A stretch of 64,000 nt of DNA from Cladosporium halotolerans. Its lineage: Eukaryota. This document shows positions 58,936 to 64,000 of the stretch, piece after piece. A program made the translations under genes and the position numbers. Each line of letters starts with the position of its first letter. Position 1 is the stretch's first letter. Below the pieces are notes generated by a model that had not been told where the DNA came from, did no database searches, and saw only the letters and a list, made by a program, of their open reading frames with translations. The DNA is taken from NCBI RefSeq assembly GCF_011745625.1, contig NW_027191467.1:1-64000 (forward strand), written 5' to 3'.

Positions 58936-61900
58936 ATGGAGCCAGTCGGCTTGGCAGCAAGCATCGCAACACTGGTGAAACTCGCTAAAGAAGTCCTCCT
59001 CTTTGTCAAAGAGGCCAAAGAATCATCCGCAGAGCGGCAGAAGTTCATCAGAGAAATCTCTGGATTACATGGTCTGCTGAGCACGCTAATTGATTTCATC
59101 AATGACGATCCCACGGACACATGGCTCCAGGCGGTTGAGGGGCTGACCGCTAAGGGAGGGCCCTTGGACCAATTCTTACTTGCCCTCGTAAATATCAAGG
59201 TGAAGGTGACGCCCGGATCCTCGATGCGGAAGCTTGGGCAGGTTCTCATTTGGAAAGTTATCAAGGATGACATCAACAGCCTATTGTCACAAATCGAGCG
59301 AGTGAAGTCCCTCGTTGCGATCGCGTTGGAAATGGATCAGATGTGAGTATGAAGAACTGTGAGGCTTTCCATTGGAGACAGGCGTTGACAGTTTCAGGAA
59401 ACTGTCGCATGCGATCAAAGAAGACCTTGAAATTGTGCGCAGCGACATGACGGAGCTCAAATCTGGCAGTCTGAAGATCCAGGATGACACAAGCTTTCTT
59501 CGGAGCAATGTTTCTGCTGCTCAGAAACAATCCGTGTTGGACTGGCTGTGTCCAACGGACTACTCTCAACAACATCGCGACATCATTAACAGACGTACAC
59601 CCGGCACTGGCGACTGGTTCCTGAATACCCCCGAATTCCAAACGTGGGAGCAATCAGCAGATGGCACACTATTCTGCCCTGGGGACCCTGGCGTCGGGAA
59701 AACTATCATGTCTGCCATTGTAGTGGAACGCCTGCTACGCACATTGCATCCCCTCAAACAGCCAGTCGTTTTCATCTATTTCAATTACAAACAACAAGGG
59801 GAACAAACGAGGGACCACATAGTTCGATCGTTCCTCCGTCAGATCGCGGATTTCCCTGCAGGTGTGCCAAAGGCTGTAATGCGATTTCGTGAAGCACATG
59901 AAGAGAAGAGAACGACTCCCGATTCCGCTGAGTTCAAGCAGCTCCTGGAGACCGTGGTCAGCGAGGTCCGCGGATTTTCGATCGTCACCGACGCGTTGGA
60001 CGAGAGCGATGACACCGCACGCGCCGGATTGTTTTGGCTCGTCAAGGACCTGCGAGCGCACACGAAAGCCAGATATCTAGCCACCTCCCGAAATTACCCT
60101 GCAATCACATCCCACGGTTTATTCCTGCACCAGCCGTCACTTGGGATCAAGGCCACAGCAAAAGACCTCGAGAGGTATGTTCAAGATCGGTTTGTGGGCT
60201 TCAAGGCAAAGCCCGCACCTGAGCTTCAAAGGCAGCTAATCTCGGGAGTGATCACAGCTGTAGGAGGAATGTAGGTGACAAACCTTGGGCTTTTTCATTG
60301 CAATCCTGATCAGCGCTAACATCAACTAGGTTTCTGCTCGCACGCTTGCTCATGGACTCTTTCCAGAACAGACTCAAGGTCAAAACAATAAAAGAGGACC
60401 TGGCAAAATTGCCGACCGGCTTAGATGCTTACGATGTTGCCTACGACAATGCCATGGAACGGATACAAGCCCAGCCGCAAGAACTGCGAGACTGTGCAAC
60501 CAAGGCCCTCTCCCTTGTCATGTGCGCAAAGCGTCCTCTGCGCGCGTCAGAAATCACGTACGCTCTCATGTTGGAACCAGGTGATACCGAGATCGACGAA
60601 GATAACGAGCTCGACATCGAAGTCATCGTTGCCTCATCTGCCGCACTTCTGACGGTGGACGAAGAAAGTCAAACAGTCCGTTTCGTGCATTATACTACGC
60701 AAGAGTATTTGCAGAGAATGAAAGACAAATGGCTCCCCGGAGCGGAGGCGGGGATTTTTTCTATGTGCACCGTCGCTTGGGAAGTTGCCTACAACAGGAG
60801 AGGCGTAGAACTCGATCAAAGACCCGAATTCGAAGACTACGCGTTCGATCACGGTCTGGTTCACGTCGACGCGGTGTTTAACGATGAGCGCTACGTTGAG
60901 TGTAAACGTCCCGAACTCTTTTCTCTCCTCCGAAACACCATCCGAATCGACGCTGCTACGTCCTTCGCAATCCCACCGTCTTCTCGCCGGTATGGAACGA
61001 CGATCGCGCACTGGTCTGCATCAAAAGGTCTCACGGGTGTTCTCAGACACCTGATCTCCGAAGGTTTCGATGTCGATGTGCAGAATTCTTTCGAGCAAAC
61101 GCCCTTGATGTTTGCCGTATTTTATGGGCAAAATGCAGCTCTGAGTCTGCTGTTACAAACCAACGGAGTCAATGTGAACGCTGCCGACAAGCAAGGCAGA
61201 ACCGCTTTATGGCACGCGGCTCTTTCCAATGAGGTTGAAGCTGTGCGTATCCTGCTAAACGAGTCTAGAGGCATCGATCTCAATCGCACACCTCATTCTG
61301 GAGACTCTGCTTTACATCATGCTGTATTATGCGTACCTTATTCTTGGAAGACATATCCCATGACGGCACAGGAAACGAGTTCTGCAATGGAGATAGTGAA
61401 ACTGCTGATCTATGCGAAAGGCCTGGACATCGAGTCAATAGATGGAGACGGCCGCACAGCTCTCTCTCTCACTTCCAAATATGGATCGGAAATGGCTCTC
61501 AACCTGATACTCGAGAGTGGAAAGGCTGACGTCAACTCGCGCGATCATGAGGGCTTCTCACCACTAATGCATGCTGCTTTTGAGGAGCGAGATGCTGTTG
61601 TAAGCTTGCTAGTCAAGCACGGAGCGAACGTGGACGCAAGGTGTGACCGGGGTTGGACAGCCTTGCATTACGCAACTATGAATGGGAGGGGGTTCACAGT
61701 GAGTTCGCTGCTCTATTTAGGAGCTGCTGTGGACTTGAAGTGTAGCTTGGGCAGGACAGCACTGCATTACGCCGCTAAGAACGGGGATCAGGCCACAATA
61801 AGACTGCCACTCCGTTCAAGAGCTGCTGTGGACACGAAGTGTGATTCAGGCAGGACAGCTCTGCATGAGGCCGCTAAGAATGTGGACCAGGACACAGCAC

Positions 61901-62583
61901 GACTGCTGCTCACTGCAGGAGCGGCTGTAGACACAAAGTGTAATTCAGGCAGGACAGCTCTATATGAGGCCGCTCAGAATACCGGTTATGCCACAGTACG
62001 ACTACTACTCGATGCAGGAGCGTCTGTGGATACGAAGTGTAATTCAGGCAGGACAGCTCTGCATGAGGCCGCTAAGAATGCGGGTCGGGTCACAGTAAGA
62101 GTATTGCTCGATGCAGGAGCGGTTGTGGACTCCAAATGCAATTCGGGAGCAACGCCACTCTGTGATGCTATCACAGTCTATTCGCTGAACGTTGTGAACC
62201 TGTTACTTGATGTAGGGGCTGACGCTACATCGAGAGACACCTCTGGGGCGACGCCGCTATTCTACCTGAGTCGAGCCAAAAGCCATCCGCGAGTACGAAA
62301 GTTGACGAGACGTTTACTCAGACGTTTCCTTTCGATGCCTGGCGTGGATCCTAACACAAAAGACTATTCCGGCAGAACATTGCTCTCTCACGCTGCTGAA
62401 GTTGGACAGCTTACGCTGGTGAAACTCTTGTGCGATATCCCCGGAGTGGATGTCGACTCATCTGATGATCTTGGACGGACAGCCTTATCTTATGCCCGTG
62501 ACTCTGAGATTAAGCCAAAGGCTAAAATGCGAGCTCTTCGTCAGGCGAGCCGTGCTGGCATCGTGGACCTTGTTGACCTTTGA
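58936..62583 (+). CDS. NLR-like STAND protein: HeLo-like N-terminal domain, NACHT NTPase, ankyrin repeats; introns 59343-59397 and 60271-60329
   Basis: MEPVGLAASIATLVKL N-terminus; LDWL..TDY, RTPGTGDWFL, Walker A CPGDPGVGKT, Walker B IVTDALDE, GMFLLARL, VRFVHYTTQEYL; more than 10 ankyrin repeats (GRTALHxAA). Confidence 0.92.
61630..62223 (+). repeat. Six 99-bp ankyrin-coding tandem units, central four near-identical at DNA level
   Basis: Units start at 61630, 61729, 61828, 61927, 62026 and 62125; shared core aagtgtRattcaggcaggacagctctRYatgaggccgctMagaat. Confidence 0.88.
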
Positions 62584-63553
62584 TCTGGTTCCTGCGGCGA
62601 AAGATGAGCGATGTTGTTACGAATTACCTCATTTTGGCATTGGCAAGAGATGGTGTCGTAGAACAAATAGAGAAGGCGAAGATGGTGATGGTGACCGGAC
62701 ATATTATGAACGACTTCCGACTTTACGTTCAGATAGATCTTGACAGAGGTATGAAAGCAGGTGCATCTTTCGGTTGGCAGCCTTTGGCACTTCATCCAGC
62801 CTGCACCCGTGAAGCTTCACCGAGAAGAAAACCTTGCGTGAAAGCCTGGATCAGCTGCTTTGATCGTTTCTTGGCAAGACCAAGCATTGCGAAAGCCGAT
62901 TTTGTCTGAGGCTGGGACAATAGGCACGACACGAAATGATGACAACCGCCTCTCACCCGAAAGTCTGAAGGTTTCGCAACCCTACTACGTGAACACAGAT
63001 CGAGAAGTAGGCTCTCCGAGCAAATTTTGGTCTCATTGATTTACAGTATGACAGGAAGTAGTACACCGCTATTCTTTTTCCTTGTAGAGAGATCAAGGAC
63101 CCTGAGATACCCATTTTGTTATCAAGACATTATCGTTCACGTCAAATTCAATACGGCAAGACTCGTGGAAGAGTGACATGGCTCTCCAAGTCGAAATCCT
63201 TATCAGATGGTCTAGAGGTGATGGTAGCGACGTGGTTATTCCTTTAATCAAATATTCGAACTACGTTTAAAAGCTCTTCAAAGGCGTCTCCGCGTCAGTT
63301 GAGGTGCTACCATCGCCCATGGCTTACATGATTTGATGTTGACCAGAGAGACACACAAAGGTACAACGCTTCAGATGTTCGAACAAAAGGTGAACCGAAG
63401 CTGTAGGTTACCGAATCACGATGAAGTATTCATTACTTTCGATACAAATGTTCACAAACGCCTTCGCTATGCCCGAACAGTAAGCGCCTAAGATATAGAT
63501 ACAGCAACACCACCCAACAAATCCCGAAATCACCACTCGGTCACCTTCAACGC

Positions 63554-64000
63554 TCAAGGCTCGACCTTGAAATTGAGCCTGATACCCATAGCAGCCAGCT
63601 CGACATCCAAATATCTCAGCACACCAGGCACAGCAACGAGCGTGACGTCCTCGCCGCCCACCCACTTCTGGCCCGCCTTGTCCTCCCAGCAATCGTTCTT
63701 GGGCTCGGCGCCCTTGACCTTGCGGCTGCAGCGCCTGCAGCGCACGCGCAGCGACTCATTGGGCCTGCGGCGGCCGAGCTGGCCGATGGAAGGCTGCGTG
63801 GACAGGAAGGAGCCGCAGCCCTTGCAGACCCAGGCTTTGGTGTAGTCGGAGCAGTTGAGCAGGCGGTCCTGGAGGAGGAAGGCGGTGCCGTGGGCGAGGA
63901 GGGAGTCGCGCTCCATTTCTCCGACACGGATACCGCCGCCTTTGGCACGACCTTTAATGGGCTGGCCGGTGAGAGGCGTGACGGGGCCGGTGGTGCGGAC
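63554..64000 (-). CDS. RPA135: RNA polymerase I second-largest subunit, 3' end only (gene continues beyond window)
   Basis: VRTTGPVTPLTGQPIKGRAKGGGIRVGEMERDSLLAHGTAFLLQDRLLNCSD..CKGCGS..CRRC..VPGVLRYLDVELAAMGI. Confidence 0.93.
   Translation of the reverse strand, partial: VRTTGPVTPLTGQPIKGRAKGGGIRVGEMERDSLLAHGTAFLLQDRLLNCSDYTKAWVCKGCGSFLSTQPSIGQLGRRRPNESLRVRCRRCSRKVKGAEPKNDCWEDKAGQKWVGGEDVTLVAVPGVLRYLDVELAAMGIRLNFKVEP

Noticed and set aside
62580..63400. Possible partner effector or amyloid-motif gene next to the NLR (ORF 62580-62909)
   Set aside because: No HeLo, gasdermin, lipase or amyloid repeat signature is visible, and the NLR already has its own N-terminal domain.

Overview
Gene-dense, intron-containing eukaryotic DNA from a filamentous ascomycete. 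GT..CTRAC..YAG introns of about 50-60 nt, the gene content and the GC level suggest Pezizomycotina, probably a Dothideomycete (inference). About 26 protein-coding genes can be supported. Housekeeping genes: ATM1, complex I 24-kDa subunit, a Far10/Vps64/SLMAP-like FHA protein, MGR2/Romo1, a GBP2/HRB1-like SR/RRM protein, RPN12, ubiquitin-RPS31, a Kid/KIF22-like kinesin, SRP14, SGD1/NOM1, peroxisomal alcohol oxidase, and the 3' end of RPA135. Also present: three transcription factors, a NYN/PIN nuclease-domain protein, a kelch membrane protein, an NLR-like HeLo-like-NACHT-ankyrin gene and several orphans. No tRNA, rRNA, transposon or CRISPR array was recognised. Most notable observations: (1) a 1.56-kb intron in the GBP2/HRB1-like gene carrying a candidate poison 3' splice site and a duplicated, potentially structured ~119-nt element; (2) an in-frame TAA interrupting an otherwise intact DUF2855-like gene; (3) an alcohol oxidase whose PTS1 sits on a terminal mini-exon behind an intron that gives an immediate stop if retained; (4) an orphan nuclear protein starting with a histone H3-tail mimic; (5) homogenised 99-bp ankyrin repeats in the NLR. 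All calls were made by eye, without database searches.
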